Shown in pieces: positions 17,509 through 29,087 of a stretch of 64,000 nt of DNA. How positions within the stretch are numbered: position 1 is the stretch's first letter; each line of letters opens with the position of its first letter. The stretch is from assembly GCF_048266405.1 (NCBI RefSeq), contig NZ_JBLWZO010000003.1, positions 202,016-266,015 of the forward strand, in the 5' to 3' direction. The translations under genes were made by a program, and so were the position numbers. The stretch comes from Celeribacter sp. GTDB lineage: Bacteria > Pseudomonadota > Alphaproteobacteria > Rhodobacterales > Rhodobacteraceae. The notes beneath the pieces were generated by a model that was not told where the DNA came from, made no database searches, and worked only from the letters and a program-made list of their open reading frames with translations.

Positions 17509-19399
17509 CCGATGCGGGGGCCATTGGGCCTGCCTCGGTGTCCACAGAATGAGCGTTATGGTTGAACCAGAACTCCTGTGTCGCGGTGCGTCGGACGCGA
17601 ACACCATCAGGCAAGCTGCGTATCGACACGTCTGCGCTGTCGGCAACCAGAGCAACCAAACGATCAAGCCCCGCCTCGTCAAGCCACGCCCCGCAATAGA
17701 TCAGGTTTTGGGTTTGCACTGCGACGCAAGCCCCTGATGTATCTTCCAAAATTGTCGCCGCCGAACCATCTAGTGTCTCAATGTATCCGACCGCATGACC
17801 ACCGCCCGCAAGCGCAACGGGGCGATCAGGGCGCAGAGTTTGCACTTGCGTCACCGTCACATCCAACCCGCTCAACGCAGGGGGCAATGGCACAGGAATC
17901 TCAAAATCGAGCGTCCGCGCCCCAGTGCGCGGTCCAAGAACACAGGGACAATCCGCCGTCTCAAGCGCATGGCGCAAGTCGTCAGACAGATGCATCAATC
18001 CCGGTGCGAACACGGCTTTGTACGCTGTAAAATCACGTGTCGTCGGCGCAACGATATCGACGTTCAACCCTGCACGACGCAGGGCACGGTAGTGTTCAAA
18101 CACCAGATCGAAATAGCTCAACCCCTGCCCGTGCGGCTGCACGGCCCATGCCCATTCGGCGTCATAGTCGAACACCAAAGCCACATCGGCGACATTGGCC
18201 TCGACGTGCGGGGCAGCGGCCAGTTCGGAAGCCACTTGGCGCACTTCGGCCAGTCCTGCGGCGGGTGCGCTGTCGGGGCGCAACAGGCCCGAATGCATCT
18301 GCTCTTGCGCAAAGGGGGCCTGACGCCAACGGAAATAGCACACGGCCTCGGCGCCGTGGGCGAAGGCTTCCCAACTCCACAGACGCACCATCCCCGCCAA
18401 AGGCGCAGGATTATAGGGCGCCCAATTCACCGGACCGGGTTGTTGCTCCATGATCCACCAACGCCCCTTGCCAACGGCGCGGTAAAGATCGTGGTGAAAG
18501 GTTTGGAAATCTGGATCGCCTTGACGTGAAAAGGCTTTTTGACGCTCAGAGCTTGCGCCGACGCGGTCCTCCAGAAAGCCGAGCGGGTAGCTGTCCCACG
18601 TGGCAATGTCCAAGTCCGCACCCACGTCGTAGTGATCAAAATCCGTCACCCGCCCCATGTAGTTATGGCTGATCGGCGCATCGGACCATTTGCGGATTTC
18701 CTCGACCTGCGCACGGTTGAAGGCCACCACTTGGTCCGAGGAAAAGCGCCGAAACGCCTGCACATGAGCGGGATTGGGTTCGGTGACGGTTAAATTCGGC
18801 AGGCCGATTTGATCAAAGCGGTCATACTCCATCGACCAGAACACATTGCCCCACGCCGCATTGAGCGCCTCAATGGTGCCATAGCGCGCCTCAAGCCAAT
18901 CCTGAAACGCCTCTAGCGCTGCGTCGGAATAGGACAGGGTTGTGTCATGGCACCCGTATTCATTGTCCGTCTGCCATGCGGCCACAGACGACCCAAAGAC
19001 TTCGGCCAAGATCCCTGTGATCCGACGGCTTTCCTCGCGATACCCCGCGTGGCTAAAGCAATAGTGCCGCCGTGAGCCAAATCCGCGCGGGCGGCCCTCG
19101 GCATCGACGGCCAACATATCGGGGTGCTTATCAAGCATCCACCGCGGCGGGGTCGCCGTGGGCGTGCCCAACACAACTTTGAGCCCCGCAGAGGTCAGCG
19201 TTTTGATGGCCTCTTCAAGCCACTCCAATTCCAACACACCCGGCTTTGGCTCAAGACGCGACCACGCAAATTCACCAATCCGCACCCACGTCAGACCGCT
19301 TTCAACCATCATCTGAGCATCTTTGGCCCAGACCTCTTGGGGCCAGTGTTCGGGATAGTAGCATGTGCCGAGCGCACGTGGAAAACCAACTGAAGTCAT
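17489..19399 (-). CDS. GH42 beta-galactosidase
   Basis: 636 aa with GH42 N-terminus GTCYYPEHWPQEVWAKDAQMMVESGLTWVRIGEFAWSRLEP and a central trimerisation-type region. Confidence 0.9.
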   Translation of the reverse strand: MTSVGFPRALGTCYYPEHWPQEVWAKDAQMMVESGLTWVRIGEFAWSRLEPKPGVLELEWLEEAIKTLTSAGLKVVLGTPTATPPRWMLDKHPDMLAVDAEGRPRGFGSRRHYCFSHAGYREESRRITGILAEVFGSSVAAWQTDNEYGCHDTTLSYSDAALEAFQDWLEARYGTIEALNAAWGNVFWSMEYDRFDQIGLPNLTVTEPNPAHVQAFRRFSSDQVVAFNRAQVEEIRKWSDAPISHNYMGRVTDFDHYDVGADLDIATWDSYPLGFLEDRVGASSERQKAFSRQGDPDFQTFHHDLYRAVGKGRWWIMEQQPGPVNWAPYNPAPLAGMVRLWSWEAFAHGAEAVCYFRWRQAPFAQEQMHSGLLRPDSAPAAGLAEVRQVASELAAAPHVEANVADVALVFDYDAEWAWAVQPHGQGLSYFDLVFEHYRALRRAGLNVDIVAPTTRDFTAYKAVFAPGLMHLSDDLRHALETADCPCVLGPRTGARTLDFEIPVPLPPALSGLDVTVTQVQTLRPDRPVALAGGGHAVGYIETLDGSAATILEDTSGACVAVQTQNLIYCGAWLDEAGLDRLVALVADSADVSIRSLPDGVRVRRTATQEFWFNHNAHSVDTEAGPMAPASVIWRDL

Positions 19400-19461
19400 T
19401 GAAATTGCACCTGATATAGAACGTCGCGTTTGATGGGGTGGAGAAAGGACGCGCCTAGGCC

Positions 19462-20067
19462 TTAGGCCTGTGCGGCGTCATAGGCGGCAACGATCTCTTC
19501 GGCATTGGCCCGAACCTGCGCCACACTCATCCCGGGCTTGAACAAAGCCGATCCGATGCCGAACCCGACAACGCCCGCAGCGAACCACGCGGCGAAATTG
19601 GATGGCCCTGCGCCGCCCACGGCATAGCATTGCGTCGATTTGGGCAGCACGGCAGAGACGGCTTTGAACCCATCCACACCGATCAGGGAGCCGGGGAAAA
19701 ACTTGAGCCCATCGGCGCCTGCGTCCAATGCGGTGAAACACTCGGTCGGCGTCATCACACCTGGGTAGCTCAAACCACCAGCGGCTTTGGTCGCCTTGAT
19801 CACATCAGAGTTGCAGTTGGGCGAGACAATGAGCCGCCCGCCCACGCCCATAACATCGTTCACATCGGACACACTCAAGACCGTGCCCGCGCCAATCACT
19901 GCGTGATCGCCATAGGACTGCACAAGCGTCGCGATGCTCTCAAGTGGGCGTGGCGAATTGAGCGGCACTTCGATGTGGTCGATGCCCGCCTCGATCAAAG
20001 CCGCGCCAATAACCTGTGCCTCGGAAGGCTCAAGCCCTCGCAAAATCGCAATAATGTTCCGGCTCAT
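19462..20067 (-). CDS. dgoA: 2-dehydro-3-deoxy-6-phosphogalactonate aldolase
   Basis: 201 aa with IIAILRGLEP ... IEVPLNSP and KFFPG motifs of the KDPGal/KDPG aldolase family. Overlaps dgoK. Confidence 0.85.
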   Translation of the reverse strand: MSRNIIAILRGLEPSEAQVIGAALIEAGIDHIEVPLNSPRPLESIATLVQSYGDHAVIGAGTVLSVSDVNDVMGVGGRLIVSPNCNSDVIKATKAAGGLSYPGVMTPTECFTALDAGADGLKFFPGSLIGVDGFKAVSAVLPKSTQCYAVGGAGPSNFAAWFAAGVVGFGIGSALFKPGMSVAQVRANAEEIVAAYDAAQA

Positions 20068-20975
20068 GTCTGGCCCTCCGTCTGATGATAGGCTGCAATG
20101 AGCCCTTCAAGTACAATATCTTCGCCAGAGGCGATATCCACATCCACGCCTTGCGCAGTCAATGCGCGCGCATAAAGAGCGGAGATTTTCGGTGCCCCGA
20201 TCAAGGCCACATTCTGCCCCGACCAAAAGGACCGCGCCCCTGCAATCTCGGCCCCGATCATCAACCCGGACAAGCGCCCCAAGGCCGCATCCTCCCCAAG
20301 ACCACCAACCAAGGTCCCCGCGCGCAATCCGAACAAATCGGCTGTGAAGGCTTCGGGGTGGCGCATCATATCTGCAACCGCCGCATCAAATGCCTCAAGA
20401 TCACAGGTCTCGCCAACCGAGTGGCGCAGGATGGAGGTCTTCGACAAAAGCGCATAGACCTCGCCCGTCATAAAGGTGCGGAACTGGGCGACCGTGCCCG
20501 CGCTTATTTGAGCCCATTTCGAGTGCGTCCCAGGGAGGCAAATCGCGCCCTCGAAATGGGGTTTCTGTGCCAGATAACCAGCAATTTGTGTCTCTTCCCC
20601 GCGCATAACGTCCGCTGGAGTCTGTTGCTTCATCCCCGGAAGGATCGACACGCTCAGGCGCGGATCATCCGTGGCGACAGACACGGCATTGTCGCGGTTT
20701 GGCGGCGCACAGGGCACCGAGGCATACGGCGCTTCTGCCCATCCCTGACGCGATCCTGCCATGCCGCAGACCAAAACGCGCGTGGTCGTGGCGCTCAAAT
20801 ACGGTGCAACGAGGCCCAAAAGCACAGGCTCATACTCACGCGGCGTAATGCTGCCCATACCCTGATCCGAGACGATCCGCTCGCGCACCTGTGTGCCACG
20901 CATGACCCAAACCCGCAGATTGGATGTGCCCCAATCAACGGCGATCCAGTCGTCTTGTGCCTGTCTAGAGTCCAT
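20064..20975 (-). CDS. dgoK: 2-dehydro-3-deoxygalactonokinase
   Basis: IAVDWGTSNLRVWVM N-terminal motif. The start was trimmed to Met33 of the longest ORF, which has a GGGAG RBS. Confidence 0.85.
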   Translation of the reverse strand: MDSRQAQDDWIAVDWGTSNLRVWVMRGTQVRERIVSDQGMGSITPREYEPVLLGLVAPYLSATTTRVLVCGMAGSRQGWAEAPYASVPCAPPNRDNAVSVATDDPRLSVSILPGMKQQTPADVMRGEETQIAGYLAQKPHFEGAICLPGTHSKWAQISAGTVAQFRTFMTGEVYALLSKTSILRHSVGETCDLEAFDAAVADMMRHPEAFTADLFGLRAGTLVGGLGEDAALGRLSGLMIGAEIAGARSFWSGQNVALIGAPKISALYARALTAQGVDVDIASGEDIVLEGLIAAYHQTEGQT

Positions 20976-21051
20976 CAGACACGCTCCCATGAAACACGGC
21001 GCGAGGCCTCGCCCATCATCGTGGGCTTTTGGCGGCTGCGGTGTGGTTGTT

Positions 21052-23136
21052 TCATATTTTATGGCCCTCAATGACCCACATTGTCTCTGGGAAGCTCCAC
21101 GGCAGGGTGACGCCGTGGTGCATCAAATAGCGGCCACTGACCTTCATCGCTCCGGTTTTCAACATGGAGCGACCGCGTGACAGCGCCACGCGTGCAATCT
21201 CGTCGCGGTTGACCAGATCAACGCGGTACATGGCGTCGGGGTTCAAACCTGTGAAGCGCAGGGGGCGCGGTGAAATCTGATCCGATGTATCGGCTTTGCC
21301 TGCAAAGACCACGAACTGGTCCTCGTGCAAATGTTGCTCGGCCACCACCGCAGGATCGGCGGCATCCAAGCGCAAAATATCGGCGTGATACATCCAGCCA
21401 CGATTGGCTTTCCACCAAGCAGTGACACGGCGCAACACGTCCGCCTCCTCATCTGTCAGCTCACGCGGGTCCATCTCGAACCCCATGTGGCGCTGTGCGG
21501 CGACCCATGCGCGGAACCGGATATCAAGAACACGGCCAGAGGTGTGACACACGCGTGGTCCGACATGGCTGCCCGTGACGCATTGCGGGAGGAACAGCGC
21601 GGCGTTGTGCTGGATTTTCAACCGCTCCAAGGCATCGTTGCTGTCCGACAGCCACACCCGTTGGGTGTGCTCCAAAATGCCAAAATCCGTCCGTCCCCCA
21701 CCCGAGGCACAGCTTTCGATTTCCACATCGGGAAAGGCCGTGCGCAAACGATCCAACAGCGCATACGTCCCGCGCGTCTGATCGGCATCGGGCGTCGGCA
21801 GCACACGGTTGTGATCCCATTTGACGTAATCAATATCGTGATCAGCCAGAATTTTACCGATGCGCTCGAATAGGAACTCGCGCACCTCGGGCAGCGCCAT
21901 ATTGAGCACCAGTTGATTGCGGCCCAAAATCTGGTCTTCGCGACCCAACGCCCATTCGGGGTGGGCACGATAGATGTTGCTATCAGGATTGATCATTTCC
22001 GGTTCGAACCAAATGCCGAACACCATGCCAAGGCCGCGTACATGGTCGATAAGTGGCGTCAGACCATCGGGGTATTTGCGCGGATCAACCTCCCAATCTG
22101 CGAGTGACGAGGTGTCATCATCACGCTCGCCAAACCACCCGTCATCAAGCACGAAACGCTCCGCACCGAGGCCCGCGGCGATGGTCGCGATCTCTTTGAG
22201 TTCGGGCAGGTTGTGATCGAAATAGATTGCTTCCCAACAGTTGTAATGCACAGGACGCGGGCGTTCTGGATGCGGCCATGTGATCAGGCGATCCCGCACA
22301 TGTCGCTGAAACGCCACCGCACAGCCGTTCAAACCACTGTTGGAATAGGTCACATAGAGCGGCGCGGTTTTAAACAGGGTGCGCGCCTCGTCTTCGACTT
22401 GTGTGGCATTGCCAAACTGGATTTGGCGCCGCCCGTCAGGCAGCTCTTCGGCCACCATCTTGTGGCCACCCGACCACCCGTAGTGAAAGCCGTAGGCCTC
22501 GCCTTGGGTATTGGTCGCGCCACGGCACGGAACAATCAGACCCGGAAAATGTTCGTGGCCCGTACGCCCTGTGCGGTTCTCGCGGGTGCGCATCCCTGCC
22601 GACCACGGTGTGCGGTTGATCTGAAACTCGCCACACCACCGCCCTGCGACATCAATCATTTCGTCGGACAGTTGCGGTGCGGGCAAAACAGGGGCTGACA
22701 ACCAATGCAGGTTGAGCGCCCGCGTCCCCTCGAGTTCCGCCCAAAGCGTGATCAGATGGGTTTGCGGATCAATCGCGAAATGCGCACGATAAGCCAGCCC
22801 ATTCTCGGCATCGGTGAAGGTCAGCGTCAGCGCAGTCTCGCTCTGCTCCACGCTCTCAAAACTGAATGCCGGCAACACAGACTTGCCCGTCTCATCACGC
22901 ACCACCATCCCCGGTTGACCAGGAAAGGTACGCGTCGCCTCGGGACAGATCGACAGCTCGGGATTAACGTCGAGCATCCCGCCCGTGACATCAATCTCAT
23001 GCGCCCCATACAGCATCTCAAGGTTTTCATCATCGGGCAGACGCGGACCCCAATAGATCGCCTCTGCGAGGTGATTATCACGCACGCCCAATACAAGCGT
23101 TTGGCGCGCATCATCCAGTCGCCAACAATGGATCAT
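21052..23136 (-). CDS. GH36 alpha-galactosidase
   Basis: 694 aa with motifs FVLDDGWFG, YVKWDHNR and CASGGGRTD typical of GH36. Confidence 0.9.
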   Translation of the reverse strand: MIHCWRLDDARQTLVLGVRDNHLAEAIYWGPRLPDDENLEMLYGAHEIDVTGGMLDVNPELSICPEATRTFPGQPGMVVRDETGKSVLPAFSFESVEQSETALTLTFTDAENGLAYRAHFAIDPQTHLITLWAELEGTRALNLHWLSAPVLPAPQLSDEMIDVAGRWCGEFQINRTPWSAGMRTRENRTGRTGHEHFPGLIVPCRGATNTQGEAYGFHYGWSGGHKMVAEELPDGRRQIQFGNATQVEDEARTLFKTAPLYVTYSNSGLNGCAVAFQRHVRDRLITWPHPERPRPVHYNCWEAIYFDHNLPELKEIATIAAGLGAERFVLDDGWFGERDDDTSSLADWEVDPRKYPDGLTPLIDHVRGLGMVFGIWFEPEMINPDSNIYRAHPEWALGREDQILGRNQLVLNMALPEVREFLFERIGKILADHDIDYVKWDHNRVLPTPDADQTRGTYALLDRLRTAFPDVEIESCASGGGRTDFGILEHTQRVWLSDSNDALERLKIQHNAALFLPQCVTGSHVGPRVCHTSGRVLDIRFRAWVAAQRHMGFEMDPRELTDEEADVLRRVTAWWKANRGWMYHADILRLDAADPAVVAEQHLHEDQFVVFAGKADTSDQISPRPLRFTGLNPDAMYRVDLVNRDEIARVALSRGRSMLKTGAMKVSGRYLMHHGVTLPWSFPETMWVIEGHKI

Positions 23137-23981
23137 TTGACGGCTCCAAGGGTGAGACCAGCGATAAAGTGGCGCTGCATCAAGAAGAACATCAGGACGG
23201 GTGGCAATGCGGCGACAATCGAGCCTGCCGAGAGCATTTGATAGGCCACACCGAACTGGGCGTTAAAGCTGGTAATCCCCGCGGTGACGGGTTGGGCCTG
23301 TGGCCCTTGGGTCAGCACAACAGCCCAGAAATAGTCGTTCCAGATGAAGGTAAAGACCAGAACCGACAGGGCCGCGATGGCAGGTTTCATCAAGGGCAGC
23401 ACGATGTTCCAGAAAATCTGAAACTCGGTGATGCCTTCGACGCGAGCCGCCTCGACCAATTCAAACGGCAGCGCACGGATAAAGTTGCGCATAAACAGGG
23501 TGCAAAAGCCCGTTTGGAAGGCGACATGGAACAGAACCAGACCCAATTTGGTGTTATAAAGCCCCATATCAATCGTCAGATCGCGCACAGGGATCATCAA
23601 GATCTGGAACGGCACGAAGTTACCCGCGATGAAGAAGAAAAACACAAGCAGATTGAGTTTGAAGCGGTAAATCCCGAGCGCAAACCCCGTCATACAGGAC
23701 AGGGCCACCGCACCGATCACTGTCGGGATGGTGATCATGAACGAGTTCAGAATGTAACGCGGCATGGGGCTGCCCATGAACACGCGGCCATAGTTTTCAA
23801 ATCCGGCAAAGCGCGACGGCAGGTTCCAATAGTTCCCAGCCGTAAAATCAGCGGCAGGTTTGATGGAGAAGAGCGCCACAGCAATGAGCGGCAACAACCA
23901 TGCGATGAGCGCGACAGGTAGCAGGCTTTGATAACTGATCTGCCACGCGCGAGATGTCTTTTCGAGGGGGGTGGGGAACAT
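23133..23981 (-). CDS. Sugar ABC transporter permease (MalG-like)
   Basis: Six-TM binding-protein-dependent permease with the EAA-like loop EAARVEGITEFQIFWNIVLP. Start trimmed to MFPTPLEK, 1 nt after the upstream stop. Confidence 0.9.
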   Translation of the reverse strand: MFPTPLEKTSRAWQISYQSLLPVALIAWLLPLIAVALFSIKPAADFTAGNYWNLPSRFAGFENYGRVFMGSPMPRYILNSFMITIPTVIGAVALSCMTGFALGIYRFKLNLLVFFFFIAGNFVPFQILMIPVRDLTIDMGLYNTKLGLVLFHVAFQTGFCTLFMRNFIRALPFELVEAARVEGITEFQIFWNIVLPLMKPAIAALSVLVFTFIWNDYFWAVVLTQGPQAQPVTAGITSFNAQFGVAYQMLSAGSIVAALPPVLMFFLMQRHFIAGLTLGAVK

Positions 23982-23982
23982 C

Positions 23983-24897
23983 TTAGCGCCCTTTCTCTTC
24001 TTGATACATCGACCACAGGAAGTAGGCGATGAAACATAGCATGATGAGGAACAACACAACGGCAATGGCCGCACCATACCCCATGCGGAACCCGTATTCC
24101 GACAGCGCCTTTTCAAACATGTAAAAGCTCAAAACGCGGGTCGACCCGAACGGTCCGCCGTTGGTCATAATCGAGATCAAATCAAACGAGCGCAGCGCTC
24201 CGATGATGGTGACAACAAAGGCAATAAAGGTCGCGGGTTTGAGTTGCGGAATGATAATGTGCCACAACATCCGCCCCCCCTTTGCCCCGTCCAGTCGCGC
24301 GGCCTCGATTTGTTCGGGATCAACGGCATTCAGACCCGTCAGATACAGGATCATGCAATAGGCCGTTTGCGGCCAAAGACCCGCCGCGATGATACCGTAG
24401 GTGGCCAAAGCGGGATCGCCCAAGACGTTGATCGGACCAAGGCCAACAAGCCCCAGCACCGAGTTCAACAGACCGAAATTCGGATCATAGAACCATGTAA
24501 AGACAAGCCCCACAACCACTTGAGAAATCACGAAGGGAAAGAAAAACAGCGACTTATAGATACGAATGCCACGCACGGTTTGGTTCAGGAACAAGGCAAT
24601 GAACAGACCCGCAGGGATGGCGAGCAAATAGAGCAGCAGCCATTTCACGTTATTGATCAAAGACACAGAAAACGCGCGGTCGCTGACCAGCTTTTCATAG
24701 TTGCGGGTGCCGACAAACTCGGCCTCCCCCAACCCGTCCCACTTGTAAAAGGACAGGTTCACACTCTGAATAATCGGGTAAACCACATAGACCCCGAAAA
24801 ACAAAATGCCAGGCAACAGAAACAACCAAGGGGTCACTGTTTGCCTGTTTCGATGATACCAGCCATGTCGCCGTGGCAGCCCTGACGTGTCGGTCAT
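23983..24897 (-). CDS. Sugar ABC transporter permease (MalF-like)
   Basis: Contains the EAA loop EAARLDGAKGGRMLWHIIIPQLKP. Start trimmed to MTDTSGLP. Confidence 0.9.
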   Translation of the reverse strand: MTDTSGLPRRHGWYHRNRQTVTPWLFLLPGILFFGVYVVYPIIQSVNLSFYKWDGLGEAEFVGTRNYEKLVSDRAFSVSLINNVKWLLLYLLAIPAGLFIALFLNQTVRGIRIYKSLFFFPFVISQVVVGLVFTWFYDPNFGLLNSVLGLVGLGPINVLGDPALATYGIIAAGLWPQTAYCMILYLTGLNAVDPEQIEAARLDGAKGGRMLWHIIIPQLKPATFIAFVVTIIGALRSFDLISIMTNGGPFGSTRVLSFYMFEKALSEYGFRMGYGAAIAVVLFLIMLCFIAYFLWSMYQEEKGR

Positions 24898-24970
24898 GCG
24901 AGTCTCCTCAGATCCCAAATGAAAACGTCCGCAGCACAGGCGTTTACAATTCAGTCTCTCGTTGATGGAA

Positions 24971-25000
24971 GGAAAAGCGGGGCAGCACATGCCACCCCGC
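24971..25000 (-). terminator. Intra-operon hairpin/attenuator after the binding-protein gene
   Basis: On the minus strand, GCGGGG-N12-CCCCGC is followed by TTTTCCTT. It sits between the binding-protein gene and the first permease gene. Confidence 0.55.
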
Positions 25001-25013
25001 CCTATACGTGGTT

Positions 25014-26270
25014 TTATTCAGCGATTTCGAGGCGAACAGCCTCAAGACGCTCAAGGATGTCGTCAAGATTATCAGGGTAAACCATGAATTCTTGCAGACC
25101 TTCCATGCCAGCCGCAGCCATCTCGGCAGAGAAGTCACGGTCAAAGAACTGTGCAACACCGCCTGGGGCGTCGTTGGACAACATAGCGAACCCGGCTTCG
25201 AGGAACTTGTCGTCGTCAACCGAAGACGCCGCGTTCACAGGCAACTGACCCAAAGCATCGCCTGCGTTGATCAGGGTCTGGTTGTCGGCAGATGTCACGA
25301 AGCGCAGGAATTCACGCGCCGCTTCTTTGTTCTTGGCGTTCGCAGGGATGTGGAAGGTATCCGTTGGCGCATCTTCAGCCATTGGAATACCGTCGGTGAT
25401 CGCCGGGAACTGGTAGAAACCAAGTTGATCATCGGTCAGGCCACCTTCACGCAGGTGTGGCACAGCAAAGTTCCCCATGAGGTAAGCCGTTGCTTCACCA
25501 TTGATCATGAAGGGCAGCGCTTCTTGCCAGCTGTAGGTCTGGTGATCCTCAACAAAAGCGCCCATGTCAATCAGCTTGCGCCAGTTTGCAAAGGTGGCGC
25601 GCACGCGCTCATCGGTCCATGAGACTTCACCACGGGCAAGAGCCATGTGGAAATCATAGCCGTTTGTGCGCATGTTCATGTAGTCGAACCAACCGCCAGC
25701 GGTCCAAAGGAACTTGGAACCGATGGTGTAGCACGCACGACCGGAGGCCACGATTTTCTCACAGTTTGCCAGTTCTTCGTCAAAGGTCGTTGGAACCGAG
25801 AGGCCCAATTCTTCGAAAATGTCCTGACGGTAGTAGATGCCCCACTGATAGTAGGTATAAGGCACGCCCCACTGTTTGCCGTCGATGGTCATCGCCCCTT
25901 TGGTCGACGCCAGATCAGCAAATTCAGGCTCGGCCCACAGGTCAGACACATCTTCGAACAGGCCCGCATTCACGTATGGACCCATACGGTTTGCCGCGTA
26001 CCAGTTGGCAACATCCGGCGCGTCTGCGGTCAGGAAGTTGCGAATCTGTGTTTTGTAAGCTTCACGGTCAATGATGGTCAGCTCGATGTCGAGATCAGGG
26101 TGCATTGCGCCAAAGCGCTCGACCATGCCCTCCATCACTGCGCGGGGCGCAGGGTTCGACATGTCGGAGAAAATTCTCAACTCGCCCGACAGCCCATCGG
26201 CAAATGCCGCGCCGCTCAACATTGTGGTTGCAGCCAATCCGGCCAGCATCAGTCTCTTCATAGAACGCAT
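25014..26270 (-). CDS. Sugar ABC transporter substrate-binding protein (family 1)
   Basis: 418 aa with a signal peptide MRSMKRLMLAGLAATTMLSGAAFA. First gene of the operon that continues through the permeases to the alpha-galactosidase. Confidence 0.9.
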   Translation of the reverse strand: MRSMKRLMLAGLAATTMLSGAAFADGLSGELRIFSDMSNPAPRAVMEGMVERFGAMHPDLDIELTIIDREAYKTQIRNFLTADAPDVANWYAANRMGPYVNAGLFEDVSDLWAEPEFADLASTKGAMTIDGKQWGVPYTYYQWGIYYRQDIFEELGLSVPTTFDEELANCEKIVASGRACYTIGSKFLWTAGGWFDYMNMRTNGYDFHMALARGEVSWTDERVRATFANWRKLIDMGAFVEDHQTYSWQEALPFMINGEATAYLMGNFAVPHLREGGLTDDQLGFYQFPAITDGIPMAEDAPTDTFHIPANAKNKEAAREFLRFVTSADNQTLINAGDALGQLPVNAASSVDDDKFLEAGFAMLSNDAPGGVAQFFDRDFSAEMAAAGMEGLQEFMVYPDNLDDILERLEAVRLEIAE

Positions 26271-26319
26271 AATGTCCTCCCTTTATGCTTCCGTGCAGTT
26301 CGCTTGATTCTCGCTTTGA

Positions 26320-26357
26320 GTTTCATATAATGGAACCGCGTTTCTAATATTGAAAAC
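26320..26357. promoter_or_regulatory. Two adjacent dyads GTTTC-N7-GRAAC, candidate operator in the IclR / ABC-operon divergent region
   Basis: GTTTCATATAATGGAAC at 26320-26336 and GTTTCTAATATTGAAAAC at 26340-26357, 20 bp apart, in the most A/T-rich part of the spacer. Confidence 0.3.
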
Positions 26358-26420
26358 ATAACGCGAATGGGTATAGTCTTGTCAATAGTTTCCTAGGATC
26401 ACCTGGGAGAGGGAGGAAAA

Positions 26421-27209
26421 ATGGAAAGCAAAATGGACGGAACCGTGGGCAAGGCGCTCGCCGTGCTCGAAGAAGTTGCGGGATTTGGGCGCCCAGTTCG
26501 CTTTAGTGAGGTCTTGGCCACAAGCGCCTACCCCAAAGCAACCCTGTACCGGCTCCTACAAACGCTGACCAACCAACGCATGTTGGCCCATGATCCCGAT
26601 ACGGGCATGTATACCCTTGGCGTGCGCCTCGTACGGCTAGCCCATGACGCATGGCGGACAAGTTCTCTGGCTCCGATCGCGCGCCCCTACCTTGATGAAT
26701 TATCAGGAAAAACGGGCGAAACCGTTCACTTGGCGCAACTCGATCACGCACAGGTCATCTACGTCGACAAACGCAACGCCTCGCAACCGCTGCCGATGTT
26801 CTCGGAGGCTGGTAAGGTCGGCCCCGCCTATTGCACAGGTGTGGGAAAAGCGATGCTTGCCTACCTGCCCGACGACGAACTGACAGGCGTTCTGGCGCAG
26901 CAATCGTGGCACCGTTTTACCGATGGCACGCTCACCGACGAAGCCGCACTCAAGGCAGAGCTTGCCGCGATCCGTGAGCGAGGCCATGCCTATGACCGCG
27001 AAGAACACGAGATTGGAATCATCTGTGTGGCGCTGCCGATTCTCAGCGAGCGCGGCCGCGTCCTCGGCGCGATCTCCGTGACCTCCTCGACGCTGCGCAC
27101 CACGCTCGACACCCTCGAAAACAATGTGCCACTCATCCGTGACACAGCCGACCATATCGCAAGAGAGGCGCAGAACTGGCGTTTCCCTGAATCCAAAATG
27201 ACCGCCTAG
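26421..27209 (+). CDS. IclR-family transcriptional regulator
   Basis: 262 aa with a winged-helix N-terminus (LAVLEEVAGFGRPVRFSEVLATSAYPKATLYRLLQTL) and an IclR effector domain. Confidence 0.9.
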   Translation: MESKMDGTVGKALAVLEEVAGFGRPVRFSEVLATSAYPKATLYRLLQTLTNQRMLAHDPDTGMYTLGVRLVRLAHDAWRTSSLAPIARPYLDELSGKTGETVHLAQLDHAQVIYVDKRNASQPLPMFSEAGKVGPAYCTGVGKAMLAYLPDDELTGVLAQQSWHRFTDGTLTDEAALKAELAAIRERGHAYDREEHEIGIICVALPILSERGRVLGAISVTSSTLRTTLDTLENNVPLIRDTADHIAREAQNWRFPESKMTA

Positions 27210-27220
27210 AGAGGAACCCA

Positions 27221-28276
<1,056 letters not shown>

Positions 28277-28439
28277 AGGTTTTCGCCTTAACACTCCGCC
28301 GATCTGCGCCTGACATACGGGGCGCGGGTCGGCATAATTTCTCCCCTCACGCGCCCCGCGTCCAATCTGACGCACCGGTATCGTGGACATCACGCCCGTT
28401 CCCCCGTAACGCGGAGGCAGCCCAAGCGTGAGAGTTTCC

Positions 28440-29087
28440 ATGTCGATGTCCGCCCCCACCTATCCAAGCCCGATCCCGTCCCATCGTCATGCCGATCTGG
28501 GCGTGCATATCGTCGGTTTAATTCTGATCCTGAGTGCAGGCAGCCTGTTGATAGCCAAGGCTGCGGGCACACTCGACACCTCGCTCATGGTGGCCGTCAT
28601 GGTCTATATCGCCTGTGCGCTGATCTCGAACCTTGCGTCTTTCACCTATCATTTCGCGCCCTTGCACAGCCACCGAAAACTGTTGCGGCGCATTGATCAC
28701 TCGGCAATTTATCCAAGTATTACAGGGACATTTACCGTCTTTTTCGTGCAAGCAGGCACCACATGGTCCCTGTCTCTAATGTGGCTATGTTGGGGACTGA
28801 GCGCACTTGCCATCTGGAAAAAAGTGACAAGCGCGGCGGTGAAATCAAAGTGGTCAACCGCCTCTTACCTTGGGCTTGGGGCCATTGGTCTTTGCGCTGT
28901 TCCTGACTTGCACGGCGTCCCTGCGGCCACCATTTGGTGCATCCTTGGCGGAGCCGTCTGCTATGTCATCGGCACGAGTTTCTACGTCCGCAAAACCATG
29001 CCGTTCCGTTATGCTATCTGGCATATCTGGGTCAATCTCGGCGGGATCGCGATGTTCGCGGGCATCTGGTTGGCACTCTTCGCCTAA
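28440..29087 (+). CDS. Hemolysin III / PAQR family membrane protein
   Basis: About 215 aa with seven predicted TM segments, and conserved-looking H-x3-H and DHS(A)IY-type motifs (RIDHSAIYPSI). The start is uncertain between GTG 28428 and ATG 28440. Confidence 0.75.
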   Translation: MSMSAPTYPSPIPSHRHADLGVHIVGLILILSAGSLLIAKAAGTLDTSLMVAVMVYIACALISNLASFTYHFAPLHSHRKLLRRIDHSAIYPSITGTFTVFFVQAGTTWSLSLMWLCWGLSALAIWKKVTSAAVKSKWSTASYLGLGAIGLCAVPDLHGVPAATIWCILGGAVCYVIGTSFYVRKTMPFRYAIWHIWVNLGGIAMFAGIWLALFA

